Below, piece by piece: positions 19,163 through 29,239 of a DNA stretch of 64,000 nt (positions are counted from its first letter, which is position 1; each line of letters opens with the position of its first letter). Both the position numbers and the translations under genes were made by a program. The notes below the pieces were generated by a model, which saw only the letters and a list, made by a program, of their open reading frames with translations, was not told the DNA's origin and made no database searches. The DNA lies in the NCBI GenBank assembly GCA_018396535.1, contig JAGTQC010000004.1:96569-160568 (forward strand), written 5' to 3'. Source of the stretch: Candidatus Bathyarchaeota archaeon. Its GTDB lineage: Archaea > Thermoproteota > CALKCG01 > B24 > DRYS01.

Positions 19163-21361
19163 ATGGTTGTTAGAGAACTTAGGCTTCAAGTCGCTGAGAT
19201 GCGTAATCAGCGTGATATAGGGCGTTGTAAAGCTAGGATCGATTCACTACTCTTAGAGAAGATAGGAGTAGCGATAGGCGATGTTATAGAGATTATAGGT
19301 AATAGAGCTACCGCAGCTATAGCTTGGCCAGCTTACCCTGAGGATGCAGGTAAACCTATAGTAAGGATGGATGGTATAACTCGTAAAAATGCCGAGGTAT
19401 CCATAGGTGAATATGTAACTATTAGGAAGGCTAAAGTTAAGATCGCTCGTACGATATCGCTCGCACCCTTAAGCGTTAAGCTGCATGTTGCAGATGAGAA
19501 TCTATACGAATTTCTAAGGAATAGACTCGTAGATCTACCTGTAGTTCAGGGAGATATAATCCAGCTATCCTTATTCGGTAACCCAGTAAACTTTATGGTA
19601 GTAAGATCTACGCCTAAAGGCGTTGTTAAGATAAGCTACGATACGCAGATTAAGCTTCTAAAGGAGCCTGCTCCAGAGCGTGCTAGGATAGCTTACGTAA
19701 CCTACGATGATATAGGAGGGTTGAAGGAGCAGATTCAAAGGATACGTGAACTCGTAGAGCTTCCATTAAAGCATCCAGAGCTATTTAAACGGCTGGGTAT
19801 AGAGCCTCCTAAAGGTGTATTACTCTATGGCCCACCCGGCTGCGGTAAGACATTGCTAGCTAAGGCTGTAGCTAATGAGAGTGATGCATACTTCATAAGC
19901 GTTAACGGTCCTGAGGTTATGAGTAAGTTTTACGGTGAATCCGAAGCTAGGCTTAGAGAGATATTCAAGAAGGCTGAGGAGAGTGCTCCAGCTATAATAT
20001 TCATCGATGAGATAGATTCCATAGCTCCTAAGAGGGAGGAGGTTACCGGGGAGGTTGAGAGGAGGGTTGTAGCACAGCTACTAGCATTAATGGATGGGTT
20101 AATGAGTAGAGGTAACGTTATCGTTATAGGTGCTACCAACAGGCCTAACGCTCTAGATCCAGCTCTACGTAGACCTGGAAGATTCGATAGAGAGATAGAG
20201 ATAGGGATCCCTGATAAGCAGGGTAGGTTAGAGATACTACAGATACATACTAGGGGTATGCCTCTAGCTGATGATGTAGATCTAGAGAAGCTTGCTGAGA
20301 TAACGCACGGCTATACTGGAGCTGATCTAGCTGCTCTAGCTAGAGAAGCTGCTATGAAAGCTCTACGTAGATATCTACCTGGGATAGATCTGGATGCGGA
20401 GACTATCCCCGTAGAGGTTCTAGAGAAGATGGAGGTTAGGATGGATGATTTTATACAAGCATACCAGGAGATTACGCCATCAGCTTTAAGGGAGGTGGAG
20501 ATAGAGATACCGGAGGTTAGATGGGATGATATAGGCGGTTTACAGGAGGTTAAGCAGCTTTTAAGAGAGAGTATAGAGTGGCCTCTTAAGTATCCTGATA
20601 AATTTAAGATGTTAGGGTTGAAGCCTCCTAGAGGTATACTATTGTATGGTCCACCCGGCTGCGGTAAGACATTGCTAGCTAAGGCTATCGCTAGTGAGAG
20701 TGGAGCTAACTTCATAGGGGTTAAGGGTCCGGAGATATTTAGTAAATGGGTTGGTGAATCTGAGAAAGCTATAAGAGAGATATTCAGGAAAGCACGTATG
20801 GCTGCTCCATGCGTGATATTCTTCGATGAGATAGATTCCATAAGCTTAACTAGAAGTGTAGATTATGCTGATTCAGGTGTAACCGAGAGAGTTGTGAGCC
20901 AGCTCTTAACAGAGATCGATGGCTTAACTAATATAATGAATGTCGTAGTCGTAGGTGCTACAAACCGCCCAGATTTAGTGGATCCAGCTCTACTAAGACC
21001 TGGAAGGTTTGATCGACTGGTATATGTACCTCCGCCAAGTGAGAGTGATCGTCTAGAAATACTGAGAGTTCATACTAGGGGTATGCCTCTAGCTGATGAT
21101 GTAGATCTAGAGAAGCTTGCTAAACTAACCGTAGGATTCTCAGGAGCTGATCTAGAGATGCTATGTAGGGAGGCTGGCTTTAACGCTTTGAGGATGCATA
21201 TCGATGGAGGATCAGGTACGATGCGAGTTACTATGGATGATTTTATGAAAGCGTTGGATATAGTTAAGCCATCCATACTACCTGAGATAGAGGAATGGTA
21301 TCAGAGCTTTACTTCAAGATTTAAGCGTAGGATTATACGTAGCTCAACACCTATAACATGA
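19163..21361 (+). CDS. cdc48: CDC48/VCP family AAA ATPase
   Basis: N-domain plus two AAA modules ([20 protein letters not shown], ALxRPGRFDR). Confidence 0.98.
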   Translation: MVVRELRLQVAEMRNQRDIGRCKARIDSLLLEKIGVAIGDVIEIIGNRATAAIAWPAYPEDAGKPIVRMDGITRKNAEVSIGEYVTIRKAKVKIARTISLAPLSVKLHVADENLYEFLRNRLVDLPVVQGDIIQLSLFGNPVNFMVVRSTPKGVVKISYDTQIKLLKEPAPERARIAYVTYDDIGGLKEQIQRIRELVELPLKHPELFKRLGIEPPKGVLLYGPPGCGKTLLAKAVANESDAYFISVNGPEVMSKFYGESEARLREIFKKAEESAPAIIFIDEIDSIAPKREEVTGEVERRVVAQLLALMDGLMSRGNVIVIGATNRPNALDPALRRPGRFDREIEIGIPDKQGRLEILQIHTRGMPLADDVDLEKLAEITHGYTGADLAALAREAAMKALRRYLPGIDLDAETIPVEVLEKMEVRMDDFIQAYQEITPSALREVEIEIPEVRWDDIGGLQEVKQLLRESIEWPLKYPDKFKMLGLKPPRGILLYGPPGCGKTLLAKAIASESGANFIGVKGPEIFSKWVGESEKAIREIFRKARMAAPCVIFFDEIDSISLTRSVDYADSGVTERVVSQLLTEIDGLTNIMNVVVVGATNRPDLVDPALLRPGRFDRLVYVPPPSESDRLEILRVHTRGMPLADDVDLEKLAKLTVGFSGADLEMLCREAGFNALRMHIDGGSGTMRVTMDDFMKALDIVKPSILPEIEEWYQSFTSRFKRRIIRSSTPIT
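20246..21121 (+). repeat. Exact 51-nt intragenic direct repeat in cdc48 (20246..20296 = 21071..21121); a second exact 36-nt pair lies at 19832..19867 = 20651..20686
   Basis: catactaggggtatgcctctagctgatgatgtagatctagagaagcttgct and ccacccggctgcggtaagacattgctagctaaggct each occur twice. Confidence 0.9.
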
Positions 21362-21383
21362 TATACATCGAGGTATCTTATCC

Positions 21384-21605
21384 ATGGTTAAATCTAGTCT
21401 GATCTATATGCTGGTTGAAGCGTTGAAGCGTAGAGGAGGATCTGCTGAAGATGAGGAGCTTTACACAGATCTATCCAAGGTATCGGAGCTTACCCACAAT
21501 GATTTTATGAAACTCCTATTGAAGCTTGAAGTATCCGGTATAGCTAGGGTATACAGGCTATCTAAGGATAAGTTTAAGATCGAGCTAGTGGCTTCCGAGG
21601 ATTAG
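21384..21605 (+). CDS. Small hypothetical protein, winged-helix-like
   Basis: 73 aa with GAGG SD; helix-turn-helix plus wing pattern (LLKLEVSGIARV); directly downstream of cdc48. Confidence 0.6.
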   Translation: MVKSSLIYMLVEALKRRGGSAEDEELYTDLSKVSELTHNDFMKLLLKLEVSGIARVYRLSKDKFKIELVASED

Positions 21606-22630
21606 CGAAACCATCCCTCAAGCGTCCTACTCCTACCTATAGTTTTCAATCCTTCTGCTATAACGTTAACAGCTTTAACAACCCTCTCCTCGCTGAAATC
21701 TCTCTCACCACATAGGAAGTCCACTACCCCTTTAGCATCAGGCTGCCGCCATTCAAGCTTGTACTCGCTGGATACCTGCGGCTCTAGGAATATCCTCCTA
21801 ATATCATCGATCGGTATCTCTTGTACACCTAGAATCTTGAGAACTATCTTAGCATCGCTATACCTTTTAATATATTCTAGAGCCTTCTTAGGACCTACAC
21901 CTTTAACACCTTCGGGATAATAGTCTGTCCCAACTAGTATAGCTATATCTATAAGCTGTTCTCTCGTTATCCTTAAGCTAGACAACACCTCATCTAATAC
22001 TATAAGCTCAGGCTCGATCTCCACGTATACATCCTTACCTGGAAGCTTCCTTCTACCTACTACGCTTAGATTCCTAACTACTCTTAAAGCTCCGAATAGT
22101 AGTGCATCATGATCCTGGCTTACAGCAGCCCATGCATCACCTCTTATAGTCATCCAAGCTGCTTGAGCTTCACCTTCAGATGGAGCTTCAATGTATGGTA
22201 TACCTAGGAGCCTGAGAAGTCTCTTAGCATCATCAACCATATAGTCTTTAAGCGTAGCTGAAGCTTGAGCATACTTCCTCGCAGCTTCATAATCCCCTCT
22301 ACTCAAAGCCTCCTCATACCTAATTATAGCCTCCTCTCTAACAGCTCTCCTCCTCTTTATCTCAGCCTCCTTTAAAGCTGGCGGTACTCCATCGAATATA
22401 TACACAGGTTTTATGCCTGCCTCTATAAATCTAGAAGTCCTATAGAGTAGGCCTGATAGATGGCTTGTCACCCTACCTTCGCTATCCTTTAGAGGTTCGC
22501 CTTTAGGCCCTCGGATTGTTGCTAGAAACTGGTATAACGCGTTATAAGCATCTATGGCTAGAACCCTGCCTTTAAGCATATCCCATCCTATAACTCTTCT
22601 AGGTATTATATCGCCTAGATTTACACCCAT
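21602..22630 (-). CDS. fen: Flap endonuclease 1
   Basis: AIDAYNALYQF, APSEGEAQA, GTDY..GVKGVGPKKA and C-terminal PIP box TLEGWF. Confidence 0.98.
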   Translation of the reverse strand: MGVNLGDIIPRRVIGWDMLKGRVLAIDAYNALYQFLATIRGPKGEPLKDSEGRVTSHLSGLLYRTSRFIEAGIKPVYIFDGVPPALKEAEIKRRRAVREEAIIRYEEALSRGDYEAARKYAQASATLKDYMVDDAKRLLRLLGIPYIEAPSEGEAQAAWMTIRGDAWAAVSQDHDALLFGALRVVRNLSVVGRRKLPGKDVYVEIEPELIVLDEVLSSLRITREQLIDIAILVGTDYYPEGVKGVGPKKALEYIKRYSDAKIVLKILGVQEIPIDDIRRIFLEPQVSSEYKLEWRQPDAKGVVDFLCGERDFSEERVVKAVNVIAEGLKTIGRSRTLEGWFR

Positions 22631-22804
22631 CCCCTACTACGATTCTCACTCGATCTTAGATTAAATATCTTTCGGATCTCCAAACCCTATCTATAACTTT
22701 AGTGTCAGCGTTTCTCGAATACTATGCTGTAATGAGTTAGTAACCTATTTATAGATACCCTGCCAATCATATCTTTGATCGTTATAATGAGGGCTCGGTA
22801 GGTT

Positions 22805-23782
22805 TTGTACGCTATCGAAGCTCGGAATCTTAGGAAGACTTATCGAACTAGAAGACGTAGAGGTATACTTAGATCTGAACCTGAATTAATCGAAGCATTG
22901 AAGGATGTAAGTTTTTCTGTAAGGTATGGCGAGGTTGTCGGTCTCCTAGGACCAAACGGTGCGGGTAAGACTACTACGATAAAGATAATCTCTACACTCC
23001 TCCTACCAGATGGGGGTGAGGTTTACGTAGAGGGGTTCGATGTTGTTAGAGAAGCATCTGAGGTTCGTAGGAGGATAGGTATACTTCTATCCGTCGAGAA
23101 GGGGTTCTACGGTAAGCTAACTGGGTGGGAGAACTTGGAGTATTTCGGAATTCTATATGGTTTAGATCGTAGATTTCTAGAAGCTAGGCTAGGTTACCTG
23201 TTTAAGCTTCTCGAACTCGATAAGCTCGGTGGGATCGATAGGTTATTCGAGGAGTTTAGTCTAGGTATGAAGGCTCGTCTAGGCCTTGCTAGAGCTTTAC
23301 TTAAAGATCCACCTATCCTCCTACTAGACGAGCCTACACTAGGCTTAGATCCTCCTAGCGCTGTGAAGATACGTAGTCTAGTAAGGGATCTAGCTAGAGA
23401 AGGCAAAGCTATACTATACACTACTCATAACATGTTTGAAGCTGAAATCGTATGTGATCGTATACTATTCATAGATCGTGGTTCGATCGTAGCTGAAGGT
23501 TCACCATCAGATCTTAAGGATCGTATACCTAAACTTAGAAGCTTAAAGATCACGGTGAAGGGTAACGATCCATCGCAGATATTAGCCGGTCATAGTCTAG
23601 GATATAGTATCAATCGTATCGATGTAGATATATTCGAACTGGATGTAAAGGTTCGAGATCCTATCGAGGTGTTGAACTCCATACTACCACTCTTAACCGT
23701 TAAAGGTTATCATATAATCTCATTCAGGATAGAGGAACCGACTCTAGAAGATGTTTTCCTATACCTCTCTAAGGGGGGTTAA
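22805..23782 (+). CDS. ABC-2/DrrA-type exporter ATP-binding protein
   Basis: GPNGAGKT, FSLGM, LLDEPT and EPTLEDVF. Confidence 0.92.
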   Translation: MYAIEARNLRKTYRTRRRRGILRSEPELIEALKDVSFSVRYGEVVGLLGPNGAGKTTTIKIISTLLLPDGGEVYVEGFDVVREASEVRRRIGILLSVEKGFYGKLTGWENLEYFGILYGLDRRFLEARLGYLFKLLELDKLGGIDRLFEEFSLGMKARLGLARALLKDPPILLLDEPTLGLDPPSAVKIRSLVRDLAREGKAILYTTHNMFEAEIVCDRILFIDRGSIVAEGSPSDLKDRIPKLRSLKITVKGNDPSQILAGHSLGYSINRIDVDIFELDVKVRDPIEVLNSILPLLTVKGYHIISFRIEEPTLEDVFLYLSKGG

Positions 23783-23789
23783 AGGCTTC

Positions 23790-24605
23790 GTGAGCTTCGT
23801 AGATATCCTTAGGGTGGAGGCTAAATTTATGTATGGAGATATCGTGAGGAGGAGATCCCTCTTCTTAGCGATACTAGCATACCCATATATATTAACGATA
23901 TTCGTGCTTCTAATAGGCTCCTCCATAGGTTCGCCGGTATTCTTCGAAGAGAAGGTTTGTTTAACACCTACAGTATATCTTGTTACGAACGGCTTTATCC
24001 TGATGTCTATGTTAAGCGTAATCGATGATATTCTATGGAGGCCTATCCTTGACGAGTATACCGGGACGATAGCATACGTGTTATCCTCCCCAACCTCTAG
24101 GTTGAAGCATTATCTAGCGATACCTATACCTAGACTCATACTAGTACTCCTAAGCGGGTTTACGAGTATAGTACCAGTATTCATATACTATTACGGTTAT
24201 GATGGATTTATAGAAGCATCTATAGTGTTACTCATGACGCTGTTAGCCTCTACCTCAGCGATACCTTTAGTCATGATCCTCGTAGGGGTGGTATACGGTT
24301 TAGGTGGAGGTATCTGGAGGATTGTGAATATAGTTAGGCCTATCCTACTTATGCTTACAGGCGTATACTATCCTAGAAGGTTTATGCCGCTTATAGGGCA
24401 GATGATCTGTTATGCTATACCTCAATCTCATATAGTAGAGGCAATTCATCTACTACTCTCAGCTCAGTATCTAGGCTCGGCAGCTATAGATATAGTATCG
24501 CTTATAGGTGTAGCTACTATACTAGTCATTGTATACTCTCCTCTAAGCTATAGGAGTATGCGATTCTGGGAATATAGTAGGGTGAAGGAGGGTGTTAAAA
24601 CCTGA
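23790..24605 (+). CDS. ABC-2 type permease (GTG start at 23790 likely; the ORF track extends to 23751)
   Basis: Multiple TM segments; EYTGTIAYVLSSP and LTGVYYP. Confidence 0.8.
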   Translation: MSFVDILRVEAKFMYGDIVRRRSLFLAILAYPYILTIFVLLIGSSIGSPVFFEEKVCLTPTVYLVTNGFILMSMLSVIDDILWRPILDEYTGTIAYVLSSPTSRLKHYLAIPIPRLILVLLSGFTSIVPVFIYYYGYDGFIEASIVLLMTLLASTSAIPLVMILVGVVYGLGGGIWRIVNIVRPILLMLTGVYYPRRFMPLIGQMICYAIPQSHIVEAIHLLLSAQYLGSAAIDIVSLIGVATILVIVYSPLSYRSMRFWEYSRVKEGVKT

Positions 24606-25393
24606 GGGAGCTGATTAAAACTATACTTAAGCTATATATCGCTAGGGATATTGTTAGAGGACGTGGATTAATAGTAACCCTACTCAGCATAGCTTTATGG
24701 ATATCACTATTCACGATACCTGTAGTACTGTTTAAACCACCAGATACGCCTACCGTATGCTTATCCGCTAACATATTCTTAAGCATACTAATCTTCCTCT
24801 CATATTCACTAGCAACGTGGAATTGGGCTTCAGAACTTCAGAGTATGACTACTTCAGGTGTACTCGAATATATCCTATCATCTGGTAGAAGCATACTCAT
24901 AATCTACATCGGCCTAATACCTGTCTCAACTATACTTCTACTAGCGTCGACCCTGATCGTATACGTAGTTCTCTCGATACTTTCCCTACCCCCCATCCTG
25001 ACTATCCATTCGCCGCCATACCTAGTGGTAGGTATCCTATTGTTTCTACAAGTTCTATTAGCTCATGCAGTAGTACTGGGTAGTCTAATACTTTCAGTAG
25101 GTGTAAGCGGCCCAGTTATGGAGGTGCTAGGCTGGATTCTACCTATAGCTACAGGTGGATTTACACCTATATCAAATATGCCTCAACCTCTACGAATCAT
25201 AGCTTTATCCACGCCATACAGCTACCCTGTAGAGCTATTGAGATACTCCATACTAGGTATAGAGACTATACTACCACTCGATTTGATCCTACCTATAAGT
25301 CTAGCTTACAGCCTCCTCTTCCTCCTATCGAGCATTCTTTACTTCAAGTATACGATCAGGAAGATTATGATGAGGGGTATAGGATCGATCTAA
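24602..25393 (+). CDS. ABC-2 type permease, probable CTG start
   Basis: Frame open from just after TAA 24596..24598; CTG overlaps the upstream TGA; GGAGGGTG SD; SGVLEYILSSG and GGFTPISNMP. Confidence 0.75.
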   Translation: MRELIKTILKLYIARDIVRGRGLIVTLLSIALWISLFTIPVVLFKPPDTPTVCLSANIFLSILIFLSYSLATWNWASELQSMTTSGVLEYILSSGRSILIIYIGLIPVSTILLLASTLIVYVVLSILSLPPILTIHSPPYLVVGILLFLQVLLAHAVVLGSLILSVGVSGPVMEVLGWILPIATGGFTPISNMPQPLRIIALSTPYSYPVELLRYSILGIETILPLDLILPISLAYSLLFLLSSILYFKYTIRKIMMRGIGSI

Positions 25394-25464
25394 GCTGAAC
25401 GTATAGGAGGGTAAAAGTAATATCCCTACTTCTAGGTTGAGTTAGAATACGTAGATAGGGTGGG

Positions 25465-25959
25465 ATGTATATGTCTGTTAAGATGGAGGTTGTCGATATA
25501 GAGATACCGGAGGGCTGTAACGTTATAATAGGTATAACGCATTTCATAAAATCCGTCGAGGATATATATGAAGCGGTAAAATCTTCGACACCGGATGTAG
25601 AATTCGCTGTAGGATTCTGCGAAGCTTCCGGTCCATGTTTAGTTAGAGTTGAGGGTAATAGTGATGATCTTAAACGTAAAGTCGCTGAGCAGGCTTTTAA
25701 GCTTGGTGTAGGTCATAGCTTCATAGTGTATCTCAGGAAGGCTTATCCGATAAACGTTTTGAACGAGCTTAAGAAGGTTCCAGAGGTATGTACGATTCTA
25801 TGCGCTACCGCTAACCCTGTACAAGTTATAGTAGCTGAGACTAATCAGGGTCGAGCTATACTAGGTATAGTTGATGGATTTAGATCTAAGGGTATAGAGA
25901 CGGATCAGGATAGAGAGGCTAGGAAGGCTTTCCTCCGAAGGATAGGATATAAGCTTTAA
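25465..25959 (+). CDS. Adenosine-specific kinase family protein (DUF355)
   Basis: NVIIGITHFIK, FCEASGPCLVR, GHSF and CATANP. Confidence 0.88.
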   Translation: MYMSVKMEVVDIEIPEGCNVIIGITHFIKSVEDIYEAVKSSTPDVEFAVGFCEASGPCLVRVEGNSDDLKRKVAEQAFKLGVGHSFIVYLRKAYPINVLNELKKVPEVCTILCATANPVQVIVAETNQGRAILGIVDGFRSKGIETDQDREARKAFLRRIGYKL

Positions 25960-26001
25960 ATCCCTCATCTCTACCAGAAGATTATGTAAAGGTGGAATAG
26001 C

Positions 26002-26394
26002 TTGTCAGCTATACCTAATCTTAAAGTACAATGTCCATGTGGGCGTATCATAAATCATCCATCAGAGTATAAGCTACTACTCTTAAAGCTGGAGATGAAG
26101 GAGATCGATATACTCTGCCCGAACGATGTATGTTACCTAAGAGAGCTAGGCTACGTAAAATTCGATATTAAGGATTCAAAGCTTATATTCAAAGAGGCTG
26201 CATTCTATCCGCCGTTTGTTACATGGAATGCAAGCCAGTTTGGAAGCGAGAAGGCTGCAGAACTTCTTAAAACCCATCTAAGGATCCTAGTATCTGAGGT
26301 TATGGATTGGCCTAGGATTAAAGAAACATACTTCCGCTACTATACATCATCTGGTGCAAGGAAAGAGGAGGGTTCTGAAGAATCTGGTACATAA
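26002..26394 (+). CDS. Hypothetical protein with putative Zn site
   Basis: CPC...LCPNDVC; GGTGG SD before TTG. Confidence 0.65.
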   Translation: MSAIPNLKVQCPCGRIINHPSEYKLLLLKLEMKEIDILCPNDVCYLRELGYVKFDIKDSKLIFKEAAFYPPFVTWNASQFGSEKAAELLKTHLRILVSEVMDWPRIKETYFRYYTSSGARKEEGSEESGT

Positions 26395-26441
26395 TAGGCA
26401 GGATGTTCAAATAGCTTCTTCCAGTATATTTCGTTCCCCCT

Positions 26442-28669
26442 CTATTCTTTCACTATAAAATCTTCAGCCTTCGGAGGTTCTGGTGTTAGACCCTTCCTAG
26501 TTCTTATCTCTGTTACTATAGCCTTCTGCATAGATGCTGGTACCGGAGCCCATCTCGAGAAGCTTAGAGACCAGAATGCTTTACCACTAGTCGTAGACCT
26601 CATAACCTCAGCTAGATCGAATGTTTCTGCAGCAGGTATTTCGCCTATAATCCTAGCTAGATATGCATCCTGGGTTAGACTGACTACTTGTCCACGTTTA
26701 CCAGTTATTATCCTTATAACGTTACCAACCATATCTAGAGGTGTTTTAACCTCTATACGCATTATAGGCTCTAGTAGTGCCGGGTTTGCTGAAAGCATAG
26801 CAGCGTAGATAGCCTGCCTTACAGCTGGTATTATCTGTGCAGGTCCTCTATGTGCTGGATCCGAGTGTAATTCTGCATGGTTCAATATCACCTTTACACC
26901 TCTCACATACTCTCTACAGAGTGGGCCATCATCCATAGCTGATAGGAATCCAGATACTATATAGTCTATAGCTTCATTCAGGTACTGTACACCCTTCGTT
27001 CTATCGACTAGTATACATCCATGTTGATCTATAGCTAAGACATTTCTAGCATCTTCAGCACTCCACCCTGCATCCCTTAGGATCTTAGTCTTCATCCTCC
27101 TATCGAGTTCATCATGCAGCTCTCCACTCATAATCTTATCTATAACCTCTGGTTCAAGAGGCTCCGTACTTATGAAGACTCTATTATGCTTATTCGGTGA
27201 TTTACCCATGAACGGGCCTGCAGATCCTCTAATAGTCTCTCTGTAGATTATCGTAGGCTTAGACACTATTATTTCTATACCTGCCTTCTGTATGAGTGTT
27301 AACGCTATCTCTATATGGACCTGGCCTAAACCTGATATCAGGTATTCGCCGCTCTCTTGATCTATATGCGTTACAAGATTCGGATCCTCTATGGATAGCC
27401 TTCTAAGGATATCTACTAGCTTAGGTAGATCCCTACTATACTTTGGCTCTATAGCTACCGTTATCACAGGCTCCGTCACATATCTAACCATCTCGAATGG
27501 CACTACATCCTGTATACTCGATATAGTCTCACCAGCCCTAGCATCATCTAGACCTAGTAGTGCTGGTATATTGCCTGCAGATAGGCTTCCAACTATCTCC
27601 CTTCTAGGTCCCATGTATATGCATACCTGTTGTACGCGCCCCTTCCTCCTAGCTCCTACCAGGTATACTTCGCTCCCCTCGCTTATCGTTCCAGAAAATA
27701 GTCTACCAGTAGCTACTACACCTGCATGTGGATCTACAGTTATATTCGATATACACATAACGACTGGGCCATCATCATCGCATGAAAGCATAGCCTTACC
27801 TACAGGGCTATCTAGATCTCCCCTCCATATCTTAGGTATCCTTATCTTCTGTGCATCTATCGGGTTAGGTATATGCCTAATAACCATCTCCAGTATAGCT
27901 TCGTGTAGCGGTAGATCCCTAGCTAGCTCCTCACTCCTCCCCCTTCTATAAGCTTCCACTATATCCGAGAACTTAACCCCCTTCTTCATAGCTATATCTA
28001 ACGTTAACCCCCATCTATCTCTAGCAGAACCGAAGGCAACCTGGTTTAGAGCAGGATTAACCTTCCAGCTTGATCTAAATTCTGGCTCAGCGTATATCTC
28101 GATAAGATTATTGAAATCCTTTATTATATTCATCAGAGTTTCCTGGATAGCATTCGGTTCTAGCTTAAGCTCGTTTATCAATCTATCGATCTTATTTATG
28201 TAGAGTAGTGGTCTAACCCTCTCCTCGAGTGCTTGTCTAGTAACGGTTTCCGTCTGAGTCATAACACCTTCGACTGCATCTACGACTACTATAGCTCCAT
28301 CTATAGCTCTCAAGCTCCTCGTAACTTTACCTGTAAAGTCGATGTGTCCAGGTGTATCTATCAGGTTTATGATATATGGCTTACCTTCAAGCTCGTAGTA
28401 TAGGCTTATATTAGCTGCTTTAATCGTCATCTGCCTCTTCTGCTCCTCTTCCATATAGTCTAAAGCTAATGCTTTACCAGCTACGGTAGGCGATAGGAGT
28501 CCGGCTGCAGCAAGAAGGCTATCCGTCATCGTAGTTTTGCCATGATCGACGTGAGCTATTATACCTATATCTTCCGGGGGTGAAGAACCTCCTTTCACCC
28601 CTTTCGGATCTGACTCTTATCCTTAACTATACCTAATACCTCTGCTACACTCTTATACCTTCCGGGCAT
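26442..28669 (-). CDS. fusA: Translation elongation factor EF-2, two exons: complement(join(26442..28570,28603..28669)), 731 aa after splicing
   Basis: Exon 1 MPGRYKSVAEVLGIVKDKSQIR with GGAGGAG SD; spliced junction CGA AAT ATA gives RNIGIIAHVDHGKT; DTPGH, NKID and diphthamide loop HRGPAQ. Confidence 0.95.
28571..28602 (-). other. 32-nt bulge-helix-bulge (archaeal endonuclease-type) intron in the EF-2 mRNA
   Basis: UCCG-AA^A-GGGGUGAA-loop-UUCACCCC-CGGA-AG^A; 4-bp central helix, 3-nt bulges and 8-bp intron stem; canonical cuts restore the frame and the conserved motif. Confidence 0.9.
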
Positions 28670-28725
28670 ATTGAGTATCTCCTCCATTCATAGATTCTCT
28701 AAGCATTAGAGCATACTCATACTTC

Positions 28726-28739
28726 TATAAACATTTCTC
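28726..28739 (-). promoter_or_regulatory. BRE/TATA promoter of the EF-2 gene (divergent from pfdB)
   Basis: Minus strand GAGAAATGTTTATA upstream of the SD (28679..28685) and ATG 28669. Confidence 0.5.
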
Positions 28740-28753
28740 TGCAGTATTCAGCA

Positions 28754-28766
28754 GAAAAGTTATAAA
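28754..28766 (+). promoter_or_regulatory. BRE/TATA promoter of prefoldin beta
   Basis: GAAAAGTTATAAA about 30 nt before ATG with no SD (leaderless-like). Confidence 0.5.
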
Positions 28767-28793
28767 GGTTTCCCCGCCTCTGCTTTCATTGCT

Positions 28794-29147
28794 ATGAGTA
28801 GTGAGAAGATACCTCCAGCCGTACAGGAGCAGCTCGTAAGGGTTCAACAGCTTCAACAAACGTTTCAAGCTGTAGTTGCTCAGAAGCAGCAGCTGGAAGC
28901 TGAGCTTATAAGTATAGAGCAGGCTTTAGAGGAGTTGGAGAAGCTTCCAGATGATGCTACAGTGTATAAGGCTGTAGGACCTCTATTGATAAAGGTTAGT
29001 CGTAGCGCTATGGTAGCGGAGCTTAAGGAGAAGAAGGATCTACTAGATATGAGAATATCAGTTCTATCTAAGCAGGAGGAGAGGACTAGGGAGAAGCTTA
29101 TAGAAGCTCAACGTAAACTACAAGCGCAGATTCAAGGTTTAACATAG
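28794..29147 (+). CDS. pfdB: Prefoldin subunit beta
   Basis: IPPAVQEQL, coiled coil and VYKAVGPLLIK hairpin. Confidence 0.95.
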   Translation: MSSEKIPPAVQEQLVRVQQLQQTFQAVVAQKQQLEAELISIEQALEELEKLPDDATVYKAVGPLLIKVSRSAMVAELKEKKDLLDMRISVLSKQEERTREKLIEAQRKLQAQIQGLT

Positions 29148-29239
29148 ATCTAGCAGATTCGCTAACTAAAACTTATATCGTACGTAGATCCTTCGGGATA
29201 GATATACAGTAGGATTAGATAGCATTTGGAGGATCTACT

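Noticed and set aside
26442-28598. ORF-track EF-2 start at GTG 28598, or EF-2 as a pseudogene
   Set aside because: The start lies inside the intron stem and loses the conserved N-terminus. The upstream exon has ATG, SD and promoter, and BHB removal restores it exactly. The intact HRG diphthamide loop argues against a degenerate paralog.
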